Of a stretch of DNA of 64,000 bases, positions 34,363-47,100 are shown piece by piece. The position numbers were made by a program, and so were the translations under genes. Position 1 is the first letter of the stretch; the number at the start of each line of letters is the position of its first letter. The notes beneath the pieces were generated by a model. The model saw only the letters and a program-made list of their open reading frames with translations, was not told the origin of the DNA and did not search any database. This DNA comes from Bugula neritina (taxonomy: Eukaryota > Animalia > Bryozoa), in NCBI GenBank assembly GCA_964035545.1, contig OZ037768.1, positions 5,984,741 to 6,048,740 on the forward strand, in the 5' to 3' direction.

Positions 34363-37300
34363 CTAGGCATCACTTCTCCGCCACTCCAAATCGGCATATT
34401 GTTGGTAAATGCTGGCTTCATCATTCACATTTGTTTCTATAATTTTTAGAAAAAAATCAGCTGAATGTTGAAAATGGTAGCTTTTTTAAAAATAATAAAA
34501 CATATTTTATCTGTTGGACTGCATGGTTGCATGACATTAGATATACTAGATATTATCCACCACCCAATATCCTGTTCTAATCCTGACCTTCCTTTTTATT
34601 TTAGACACTTTAATTTCAATAGCCTAGCTGCTAGTAAGGTTGAAAAAATGCAAAAAGCTGGAAATTCAATTCTGTTTATGATTTTTCTCCTCTGTAAGCT
34701 TCGTTTTCAATTATAATTAGGCCTACATAAATAACATCTACTAGCTACGATGTATAAAGCCAAATGTGAAACGAACTTAGATTAAGCATAGCAAATGTGT
34801 CAAAATACCATCTGAGTTGCTCCTGTTATTCAGTAATGAAAGCTGTTCCAGTTCTCTCATCATGTCTTCTATGTTGTCACTAGTTGCCATAGTCTCGAAG
34901 TTATCTGGTAGGGGGCAGCCCTTGTACCCACCGCCATCTTTGATATGCTTTATTAACCTATAAAGACGCCAAAAAGCTGCACACTTACTAATGACCAAAA
35001 TACTTCATCCAAACTCACTCGAATGTTAAGCATGAAGTGGAATAGTGAAGATGAGCTATCTTAGACGTGTTTTGCTGCTAGTGACCACAAAGTAATTTGC
35101 TTGTGATGAGCATTTCCATTGTATAAACCAGCCTTGGGCTTTCAGCAACTTATATAGCTTATTTGGAAACAAGCAAATGAAAACTTGCATCTACTGCATT
35201 GTATAGCATTCCTGTAAACAAGCCGAAGAATAAAATTACTGAAGTTACTTTTCCCTCCATAAAAATATATAATTGAGCTGGCAATGTATTCACTTCAGCA
35301 GAGCTTGTGTGGCATTTTCTCATTGTTTCACCTGGCATGTTTAGACATTTGTTCCAATCACATTTGCTATCGTGATTTTCACAAATATGTTTAGTCCTCC
35401 ATAAGTGAGTAAGAAAATATGTGTCTGTGATTTTCCTATTAGATGCAAGGATAGACTTACTTCCACCAGTTTCTATCTTGACAAAGGACATTTGGGTTGC
35501 CAATCACAATGAGTAAAGCTTTACTCCGTGTTACTGCCACATTAAATCTCTAAAATATAGATTTTATTAAACACTTAACCACTGTAATATAAAATGTGTA
35601 AGATAATGCTATCATACTCTTTTAAAATTATTTGCAAAATAAAATGTCCAGTTATTAAATATAAGAAGCATAACCTACGTCATGTTTTAAATGCAGCAAT
35701 TAATTTCAGTTAAATTGCAAATATGAATATAAACAATAACTTGAATGTTTGCAAACATTTTAAAAAAAGACTTTATATATCATCTAACAATTTTAATTTA
35801 TACCCAATCCATTTATTACAAATATTCAAAAGTACTGTTTAGACTTATTTGATCCACACGAAAAAAACTCGCGCTAGTTTAAAGCCCAAATCTGCATTAA
35901 AATTGTTTAAGCAGGCTATGAATCGCATACCGACAGTGATGCTGACAACATAGCTGCCAGTGGCGTAGAAAGAACTCCTATCATCTCCTATAGCATTTAA
36001 TTCATGGCACAGCACTACATGCTGTGCTAAATTAATGTAGATCAATAGATCACAGCTACTACCTGAAACTTAGTCTAAACTCACCATCACCAATTTTTTA
36101 CATATCTATAGATATTTTTGGATTTTCCACAAAGCTATTTATAGATACCTTTGGATTGCCCACAAAGCCAAGGTTGAACTTCCTGTCATGTTCTAGAGAC
36201 TCATCCTGACTCCTCACAGTGCTGATAATGATCACTTCTCTCTCATCTCCCTGGAACTTCTCCACAGAACCAACGGCAATCTTTTCATATTGCGTGGAGG
36301 TTACTCCTCTTTGATTTAACTTTAACTTCTTCATGGTGTCGACAATCTTTTTGACCTGAATCACCAGTTTTACAGTATATTGTTTATTATAACATATAAT
36401 TATAAACAATATTATATATGAAATGTGTAAACAACTAGATAAACTAACAACAAAGTGTCTAATTGAAGCCAAGAGTTATATCATATTGCTATAAAATCAT
36501 ATGATATAACTTACTAAACTTCTTCTATAAGCTGGAAACAGGAAAAAGCCCAAATGATATGATGATGGCATACTTTAGGGTACTTGTGATAAAATAAATG
36601 ATGCAATTCTATGCACATGCTTGATATACCCTACCTGTTGGTGGTAAGGAGAGATAACTCCAATCTGACGAGGTTCAACTCTAGGATTTTTACACTCCAT
36701 GAGCAACTGAACATAATGTCCTACCAAGTCAATTTCATTGGGATTGAACCAGGAAGGCGATGCTTTTTCTTGTTTTTCCTCACCAACTATTCCATGGAAT
36801 ATCATAGGAAAGCCTGGGGTTCCAAGTCCCTACAGGATGGTAACATTACTTGAAATACTGGAGGTAACCTACGAACGAATTTTTCACAACTATATTTTGC
36901 ATGATTATGCACACTACTTTTGCAACAAAGTTTTGCTTAGATCTGTTAGTGAAGCAATATATCATTTCAAGAGAGACAAAAGAGGGCAACATTAACGTCA
37001 ATGACTTATATTTAAATACTTGAACCAGTAACAGTGGTAGTAACACTGGCCAGTTATTGAAATGGTGTACACTACCTCCCATCGACAAAATCTTTCTCTT
37101 TGAAGTTGATCAGCAAACACCTGAAGCTCATTGTCATAAAACAGCTGGTTCGGAACTTTCAAGATGTCTGGATGTGATCTAAAGTTTTGCAGAAGTTTAG
37201 TGACATAGTTTGGGTTAAACTCCGGTGTGGTCTGATCTCTCTGGTACAGATTCTTGTTCATCAGCCTTTCTAGCAAACTAACTCCTATAATGTATATATT

Positions 37301-40300
37301 TTTGGCTCTTGGAATTAGTGCATGCAGCAGTGAAATAATTAAATGCTGGATTATACTACAGAGCCATTAGGTTTTACCTCTACTTATTTTATTCAAGTAA
37401 TTATATAAGAGGTTTGAAGGCATACAATTATTATATCTTGTAAATGAGTTCTACAACGATGTCAGGTTTAAGCTTCGTGACAGAGCAGCAACCTGGCCGC
37501 TTAGAAGAATTTAAAATTTTGAAAATCATGACTATTAGACAGAGAACTGAGACTGAGATAATGACAAATTTACCTAGACCGCCTTGAACTGCTACAGCAG
37601 ACCTAATAATAGGCCCAAGCTGCTTGGGATCCCCAGCCAATACCAATTGCCCATCTGGTCTTTTAAGGAGGTTGGCTATTGGTATGATAGTCTCAGGTTC
37701 AGTAGCATGTCCAGCCTCATCTATGAAGATGTGAGTGAAGTGACCATCTAATTCACCAGATACCAGTCTAAAAAGAGCAAAGCCTCATGACAGCAAATAT
37801 ATGTGCATGTGTGCAGTACAATGCAAGTTTTATTACAAATGACTGTCATGTAAGATTTCAAATGACATAAAATAATAGTCTTTTATAATACTAAAAGCCA
37901 TCAACAATTGATGCTATAATAAAAGAAATTTTTTAGACATTTGATAACAAAATTCTATAACATTAAAAGCTACCAACTTTAGTAAATTAACACATCTACT
38001 TTTATAATTAGTTGAAAAAAATATCTTATCTTATTGTAGTAGTAATAGACTAATAGTTACATGCAGACAAAAGTTACTAAATGATACTCTTTAAAGTTAC
38101 TAAATTACACATATGCCTCTAAGTTTCACATGATATCAATTGTCTATCAACTACAGCCCCCCCTTCCTCAGAGCTTGTATTTCTAAATATAAAAACCTAC
38201 CTTAGTACCTCAACAAAGTTTTAATGTAAAAGCTGAGTTTAAATTATACTTACCGACCAGCTGTCACTAGAGTGACAACAAGTATCCGTTTCTTCATCAA
38301 CTGCTCCTTGTTTGGAAAGTAGATCTTCTTATCTCCTCCTTTGAATGAGTGACTGAAATTGTCACTTCTGTAGTTGGAAACCTCCTTCACCTATAATATC
38401 AAGTTGAATAATTCAAAATAATTAACATGAGATTGTTATTAGGTAATACATGGAGCAAAAGCTATGTTCATTGCTGCAGGTTAACTATAGTTTGAGTACC
38501 AACCTGTATGCTCAGTCCATCAATTCAATTTACATAGGAAAAATTTTTTGTTGGTTGATATGATTCAAGATAACTGCAGGAAAATTTTAGTTTAGGGCAG
38601 AGTTAGCAATTTGTACTGCCACACTATTTGCACATAGCAATAGGCAGACACCATGAGTTTAAATTATATTAGAAACTAAATTAAATGTAAAACAAAAGCA
38701 TTTTATGTTCAAGTAACAAACTTTTTCAACATGTATAGTATACACCATAAATATGTTATTTAAATGAAAATACAAAAGAATCCATCGTTAGTCATTACCA
38801 TCTTTAGATGCATTGAGGTCACTGTGACGTTGTGGCTATGAAGTCAATAGTGGCATTTTATAATGAAAAAACTAATGTACAGTAGTTGACTGAATGCAAT
38901 GGCCTAAAAATTAAATTGAATCTTTACTATAAATTTATGTTATGTCTAGCCGATATATGCATCAAATTCAGGAGGTTATAAAGTGCATAACTAAAACAAT
39001 ATACAAAAATTCCCATATAAAAAATACCAAAAACTCTTAAAATCCAGTTGTGTATTGGTAATATAAAAGCTAATGGTGTGATAAGGACAGACCTCCTGCC
39101 TTTCAATAGCTGTGTATGTCCTAGACATAGCCTGCAATCTCATAATATCCTTCATGTCAATATGTTTCAATAGCTTTTCTGTAACCAAGTCCGCAGCAGC
39201 ATTTTGTGGAGCACAGGCCAGAATTTGAGAGCTTGGACATTCTCTGTACACCTGAAATACATCTGCAGCTTATGCAGTCAAGTTGCATTTAAAACTATTT
39301 GAGTATTCTTTGGGTCGCTGACCTAACATCATTTAGAATATTTCAGTATAAATTACATTCTAGTAAATTAAAGTAAATGTATCAATAGACAACCTAAACC
39401 GGGTTTAGATATATTCTTGTTAAATTTATTTGTAAGACTCATATATATAAAACGTGGCTGAAATAAACTACTTGAGTGCATATGAATGCACAGATACACA
39501 AATGTCCTGAAAAGATGTGATTAAGAAAGGGGACAATTCTCATTGGTTCTTGTACAATAATAATTTTCTATGATACCCTGGCTGCATAAATATACTATTT
39601 TGATTATTTATGAGTTAACAGCTACTATTCTTTAAACTTATAATACTCTTAAAATTAACTGTCTACACAGTAAAGCTGTCGGATATCACAATATTTTAGT
39701 ATTTCGCTCATATTATTTTTGATAACAGTTAAAATTATGTATCTGCACAGCAACAGAAAATTTTGCTGACTATTGAATATACCTGTTTGATGGCTTCAAC
39801 TAATGTTGTTGTTTTACCAGTTCCTGGAGGTCCAAATATGAGATAGGGGGCTGGACGAGACGTCCCTTTAACAATGTGCTGAACGGCCATCAACTGCTCT
39901 TTATTAGTTTCTATATCTTTAGTGAAAAGCCTGCAAAGAACAAAATTATCATTGAATTCATTATAAGGCAATGATTAAAATAATTTTAAATTTAAGTAAT
40001 AAACTTGCAGTGTGAACAGTATTAGTATTCATTTATATTTCTGATTGAAAAGTGCTCACCTTAAGCGCATGTCCAGGGGACTCTGAGATGACACGTTTGG
40101 CATCTTTTCTGCAACAGGAAACAGGATTTCTTTATAGGAGTCTGTCTTAGAGATGGCACGGTGTGCAACTTCTTGAGGCAACGGATTAATAAGAAACTGG
40201 ATTGTGTGTTTGGAGCCATTTATAAAGTTATCTCTAAATCTAAACAACAAAATGTATGGCAATTAGCAGAAGATAATGCAAATATGATTTTAATTTGTTC

Positions 40301-43300
40301 TAAAAATCTAAAAAAAGTCTAATTATTTATATCGCCTGTTTACTGATTGAGTACTCAGCAGCTTTCTAGACAGAGATAGCTAGTGAGCTGTTGTTGATTA
40401 TTTCTAGTCGCCATTAACAACAACTACTGATAAAACCAGAATTAAAATAGTGGAAGAATCTTACTTAGATGTTTTAAAACTAACACAAACGTAACAAATA
40501 TGGTAATAATGAGGAAGATTACCTCTTAGCAAAGCCAAGTGAAACGTCAAGCTGTAAAACATCATGAACATGACCTCTGTACTTTGTGGTTCCATCACTA
40601 GCTAAAAGACGATCTCCTCTCAGCACACTTGGGCGTTTCTCTGCTAGCCCGGGAACCTGAAAAAAATGTACAATCATATTTAGCTAGTCTTCAAAATTAA
40701 ACACTACAACTTAAACTAACTATACCAGGAATTGATTAAAATAACAGTGATTAACACTTCTTACAGGTAATGTAAGACGCATAAAAAGAACCCAGTTACT
40801 AGATAAACTTAAAAACAGTCATATATTATTATTATTATTATTATGTAACATAGTAGCTACATATAACTTACAGTCAAACGAATCAATCCAGTTCCTGCGT
40901 CTTTTCTCATTTGAGCATCTTCCATTGTATAGTATTCAATGTCTTTTTTCATCTGAAATTGCTCCAAATACAGCAAGTTGTTGAAGTGACTTCCATAAGT
41001 CCGAGGTGACAAGTCATTCATGTTCAAAGTCTCCCTGAATTGATAAACAACTACTACTATAGTGTGTGTGTGCGCGTGTGTGCACGTGTGCGCGCGTGGG
41101 CGTGTGCGCGTGTGCGCGTGTGGGTGTGCTGCGTAGCTATTAACAGTTTGAAAAACTGCAAATATTTAGATCTGAGTTATAAATTAATAAAGCTAATAAA
41201 CTTACAATATCTTGTCTCTTGGTAAATTAGATCTTATCAGCTCTTTTATATGCTGTGGGACAGGATATGGTTTTAGTTTTAAACTCATGACTAACTCACA
41301 GCTATTTCTGCAAAAAAAGTGTAAGTTTGTTAAGTAAATGTACCAGGTTTAATTACATTTCTTTAAGAATACTTTATAATAAGGCTTTTCTTCAGCACTT
41401 GATATTAGTACTTACTCAAATTCTGGCAAGAAATCGCTTTCTACTATAGGAAGCTTCATTTCCTTTAGTCTTGTAGGTTTGCGATAAGGTTCTGTTTGTT
41501 CATGCTCTAGATATAGCTGTGGGTTGTAAACACCGTTTGCCTCAATTTCTGACATTATTTCAAAAGAAATCCAGCTGTCTTTGCAAAAGCTGAATAGTAC
41601 TGGAACTTTTGCCCTTCCAGGAACAGTTAGTCGAATGTTTACCGTGACTCCGCAAATACCTGAAAAATAAATTTTTTTTCCAAATTACTAGGCCAAGCAA
41701 ATTTAGTCAAACAAAATTTAGAGCAAAAATCAAAAGCTATATCTCTTCTGCAAATAAAACTAAAGCTATAGCCTGCTACAACTTTCATAAATTAAGAATA
41801 AACTTTGCTACCTTGGGGCGGTATTTCTCTTGCTCCATCATTGCTGAGTATAACAGAAGGCATGTCATGTTTTAGCCTATAAGACTCAAGAATAACTGGT
41901 GAGGTTGAGGTGTTTGTTAGTTGCACCACTACATCTTTTGATTTCTTTAGAGCCAATACTACAGACTTTCCCCCAATAATCTCGACCTCAACACCATTCT
42001 TATTTTCCAGTAGCCGTTCCCTATGAGATGTATAAGTTGTGTGGTTTACATTTTACAAACTCAAAAGAGTTTGAATAGTTTTAATATACTTTGGTTTGGA
42101 ATAAGTATAGCCTTGCATAACAAAATCTCCATTATGCAATGTCACTGTACCAAAAATAATATCCTATTGACAGTTGCTTTGTTAGCATAAATTTAAACTT
42201 ATAATTCTTTAGAAAACCTTTGTATGCACTAAAAGACTATTTAGCATGGTCTACTAATTAATGTGGCCCATCAGTGCTTGACTGACTTGTGATTATTTAT
42301 AAAGCAATGTTGAAGATGGCAGTAAAGTTTAATTAGTAGTATGAAGCAACTTCCACAGATTAAAAATGGTGGAGAATGGTGAAAGGAAGTAGTATGAAGC
42401 AGCTAAGGGTCAAAGTTCACTTGCCTTCGTTCAGAATAACCAGGAGACTGCAGATTCTGCCTGTGCCTTTTTCCAGCAGTATGCTCTGCCTGTTGTGATG
42501 TTGGAATGCTGATGTTGCAGTGCTCACATCTCCACACATACTCAACTTCTGCATGCTTAAAAGCCTTTGCAACTGTATCAAACTCCCTAGTTTTGTCCTG
42601 TTTAATATGTTGCTCCACTTCCAGCCTGCTTGATGAGGCAAAATCGCAGTCAGAAAGAGGACATTGGTATTGATCAGTCGTCGAGTTCTGTAAATCAATA
42701 GAGTCGTACAGTGAAATAGGTTGGAAAGCGGAATGAATCATGAAATAATGGGTCTCAGCTAAACAATAGCATATGCAGTTTTAAACATGTATGTTAAGCT
42801 AAGCACATTTATGCCTTTATACTTTATAGAAGTAATAGCATTCTACTCACGGATATGTTTAAAAAAGTATTTTCAGTTTTATTGATGTGAGCCAAAGACT
42901 TTGTGTGTTCGGCGATGCCATGGAGACTTGGGAATCCCACGGCACACAACTGGCAGATGTAATAAACAGGAGGAGTTTGGTGTAAAGCTTTAATACTGGT
43001 TTTGAATAACACAATATCTTGGCCTGTCTTTGCAAAGTAGACCGGTTTGAAGGAGGCATCCCTATAATGAACTTTTACCAGCTGCCTTTCTTTCAAGCAA
43101 CCGAGAATATCTGAAGCATGAACTCGATCACTGTAATCAATATTTTAGTAGCAACAAAATGCAGCAGGAATACAATACAACATCATATTTACCAGCAAAA
43201 TCACAGTGTAGGCTATATCATCTATATGCAGTAACACTTTCCCAGAGCTGTGAAAATCTTCAAACGAATCAGTTTTTGACACTTAATGCTTTGAGTTAGG

Positions 43301-44513
43301 TGCAGTAATGGAGAAATAGAAAAATGCAAATATTCTGGAGAAGAAACGCAGCAAAAGAAATTGTCTGCTCATGTAACTTTCAAGTTACTTCTCAAACCAA
43401 AATGTTTAAAGAGGAATGAAAAACTTGGCTATGAAAGGTTCTTTGTTGCTGCACTTATAAATGAATATATTGTGGTACAGTTGATGGGCAGGTGCTATAG
43501 CATGCTGAAAGTCACGGGATTCTGCTATACAAATAGAATATTTCTTATAGAGTTGCGTTCTCCAATAAATATTACATTGTTCAAATAGCTACTTATTCTT
43601 AGATAGTTTGTATTCTGATACCAAAGTCCAAAGAACTGTAAATATACATTATTTATCATGTATCCTTCAATATAGTCGAACCAAAATAGTTTAAAAAGGA
43701 CCAAATGGCATCTTTTAAGTTTGCAGAATGCATTTATATGTCATACTTATGCTAATATATTTTAATGAAAATGTTGGTAAGGTTAAGCCACCTACTATAT
43801 TATACAGTTAGAGGGTGGTATCTATTCTTCACCCTTTGTATGCAGTATGTTAAGTGGCAGAAGATCACAAATGACATTTATAACTGTTCTGTTGTGCTTT
43901 TCAACCACGAGGAAGTTTGATTTTGATCAGAAGGTGTTGGTCAACTACCCCTTAGTTATATATTATTACATAATAACATGCTCCGTATATCCACATACAT
44001 GTTATAGATACCTTATCATTTGATTTCCGAGAAATGCTGAAATACTACGGGTAATAACTGCTGCGGATAGTTTACCACCAGAAGATGGCACATGGTCAGC
44101 TCTGAACTTGTATGACAACACTCTCAACCTTTCTCTCTCAGCTACAAAGAGTATGTAACACTCAGTAGTAGCTAAAATTTAGTTTGAACTACATTTTTTT
44201 AGGTATGTACAGCATAAGGCATTTTAGAGGATGCCTAATAACCATTTTTTGTGGACTTTAAAATTGAGGTGTCCACAATGAGAAGACACAAATATAATAT
44301 TAGAAGTATAGCAACACAATGTGCCATTTTCATAAAGCAAGCATACCATAGCCTATATATCATAGTGTGTTAAAAACACAAAGGTACATAAATTCTAGCT
44401 TGTAGTTTCTACAGCTGAAAGCTTTGAGCTTTTGACTTTACAACATTGTTGAGCACAATAGCGGAAAGAATTAGAGAAAACCCAGTACCTTTCAACTTGT
44501 TGAGTGAATTCAT
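34363..44513 (-). CDS. MOV10: MOV10-like SF1 (UPF1-like) RNA helicase, copy A, with N-terminal zinc fingers; ~1096 aa
   Basis: 20 phase-consistent exons: 44513-44489, 44141-44012, 43130-42851, 42687-42425 (GC donor), 42020-41812, 41659-41416, 41307-41206, 41034-40872, 40656-40523, 40239-40060, 39930-39783, 39251-39093, 38390-38254, 37767-37574, 37284-37076, 36829-36635, 36355-36149, 35549-35461, 34957-34809, 34436-34363 (3291 nt). MOV10 signatures: [81 protein letters not shown]-terminal EWRR. The first two exons are less certain than the rest. Confidence 0.92.
41062..41129. repeat. Mixed (GT)/(GC) alternating purine-pyrimidine tract in a MOV10-A intron
   Basis: GTGTGTGTGTGCGCGTGTGTGCACGTGTGCGCGCGTG... 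Confidence 0.85.
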
Positions 44514-44723
44514 TTTGCCCTCAGTATGAGTAAGTGTGAGAGAGAGGTTTGACAACAAACCTTACTGCTTCTGCTCTATTACTTATTATACCACAGCTTA
44601 GTTGGTCGACGTGGTTGAATCTATCATCACTTTGCGTCATGTTCATTATTCCTAATGGGAAGGCACAGTATTAAAGTTATTGGGCCGCCCCTTTGGAATG
44701 TCACTACCCAACAAATACAAATG

Positions 44724-44751
44724 CGAAATTTCCAACTCGGGGGAAATTACC
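44724..44751. promoter_or_regulatory. Two Rel/NF-kB-like motifs upstream of MOV10-A
   Basis: CGAAATTTCCA (44724-44734) and GGGGGAAATTACC (44739-44751), ~210-240 bp upstream of the predicted ATG. Both are imperfect matches to the consensus. Confidence 0.4.
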
Positions 44752-46188
44752 TTGTTATTCAGAACGAGTAATCTCTATGGCCTAGTTGAACTTAGCCTTT
44801 TGTGCTTTAAATATGCTGCATTGACATCATTGTAATGACTTCTAATGATTGGACACCAACATATTCAATATTCAAAAAACCAATAACTTCAGCTACCTAC
44901 TGCTAGTATCAAACTTAAAAATAATTAGCCAGCTTGAGTTCTATTCAGGCATGCTTATTGGCAATTGTTTATCAACAAAATCAAAGTTATTGTAAAACTT
45001 GGAATTTTGTGAAAAGATTAGGCATTGGGCTTATCCGAGGATTGAAAAACTATGAATGTAAAAACTATTCACCGCGCAGTGTTGACATTTGAGGCAAATG
45101 GTAGAACCATGCTGTTAAGAAATGACTTAAAAGGAACAATCCAGACACAACCAACACAGAATAGACTAGTCACACCATTGTGTTAAATGATGACATGCAG
45201 ATAAGAAGCATGCAGATAGAAGACATGTAGATGTGCAGATAGGAGCTGCATAGATGCTAAGTTCCTCAACTACATTGAGTTTAGTCTTCATGATATTGAT
45301 ATAAGTAACTACGTTAGTTTTATTGCACCATGTTTTCTCTTGAAGAATAAAAATTCAAACACAATCTACAGCTAAAGAATTTATATAAAAACACTGTATT
45401 CTTGACAACTGACCCACAATGCTCTGCTTGAGACATCACCAGAGAACAGTACAACTATACAAGCATACTCTCCATTGATACACCTATCTCCATATTTTGA
45501 CTATCTAGCAGTTGATTTTGTACTGTGACTTTTCAACAGCATCTGTATTTGAATGCACTAACATGACAGCTAATATAAATAAACTGAATCAATAGACTTA
45601 TTTTACCAGTATTAGCTCTTTTGGAAATGTCTAACAATAGATTATCGCATTGCACTCTGGTAACTCCCCTCTTTCAAAGCCTATAAGAGTTTACAGTGTA
45701 GACAGGGTTAGAAAATACAGAGCAAATAAGTAGAGCATACCTTCACAATCCCTCTCACAGACCTTCTGGAGCTTAGAAATCGAGAATTTCATTATCTTCA
45801 AAAATATTATAATGAATAAAAGTAATTGAAGTTGTAATTTTTAGTATTGTTTTATGAGTTTAACAAGATTTTTGCAATACTGTAAGTCAAAACATTTATA
45901 TAAACTATATATTTGTCAACTTTTATTGAATTTACCCATTGGCCAAGACTGAAAGTGCATTGAAGTAAAACTACAATTAGTGCTGTGTCTACTACTCTAT
46001 CTCTAGCTTAATTAATCCTTAGTCCAACACTATACAAGGCTAATTATTACATACTTTTCTATGTTTATGACACAAAATATATCATCAACTAATATAAGGC
46101 GCACAATACAACAAAACAGTGAACAAAAGTTATAATATATATACTTTTTGTTTATGCAGTAAATAAAGAGATGACATGTGTTTATTCA

Positions 46189-46191
<3 letters not shown>

Positions 46192-46250
<59 letters not shown>
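46192..46250. repeat. (TA)n microsatellite
   Basis: Perfect TA run between MOV10 copies A and B. Confidence 0.97.
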
Positions 46251-46253
<3 letters not shown>

Positions 46254-46573
46254 GCCTATTTATATTTTATGTATTATATAGTAAATAATATCCAAATACC
46301 TATAAAGTATGATCACCCAACAACTTCATGCATCTGCTATAAATTGTGTTTTTACATTATGTGTTTATTTTTTATATATTTAATTAAACTTACAAACCTA
46401 TATAACAACAAAGCCACTGCTATGTTTGCATTACGTTTAGCATGTTGATTTTCTTAATGTAAGAATTCAAATCCACCAATATTGTGCCTGAGGAGTGCCG
46501 AAGAAACAGGAATCTATTAGTAGCACAATAAAACATCTATATAATTAAATTGCTCTTTTCTTCAATAATATAA

Positions 46574-46577
<4 letters not shown>

Positions 46578-46641
<64 letters not shown>
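46578..46641. repeat. (TA)n microsatellite
   Basis: Perfect TA run downstream of the MOV10-B stop codon. Confidence 0.97.
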
Positions 46642-46646
<5 letters not shown>

Positions 46647-47100
46647 GTGCTTTAAAAAATGTATACTACACAAATAGTATACATGAACAGTAGTATCTGA
46701 GATAATATATAATACATGCCATAAAGTTTATTTGTGAATGTGATGAAGTTCAGGGTAACAAAAAAGCTTGAACAAATGACAAACTATATCAGTGTGAAAA
46801 TTTGAATAACTATCTTAGTATTGGCTGAATTGACATGGTTTAGTTTGGCAAGGCAGTGCATATAACTATTGCAGAAAATAATTACAATAAAAACACATTT
46901 AGATAACTTTCCAATGAGATAAAACATGATGAATAGAAACTTTTAAAAAATAATTATAAATTTTGTATAAACAACTGTGTAAATTGTAAATAAAAGCTTT
47001 CTAAAAATAAAATTTCTTCTTTTGGAAAGGACAGTTGCTTTGATTAAGCCAGGAGAAGGCCAACACCACCAGACATCGAGTATTCATCAGTTATACAGAG

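Noticed and set aside
46176-46448. 90-aa ORF with a YI repeat
   Set aside because: It is a (TA)n microsatellite read-through with no protein features.
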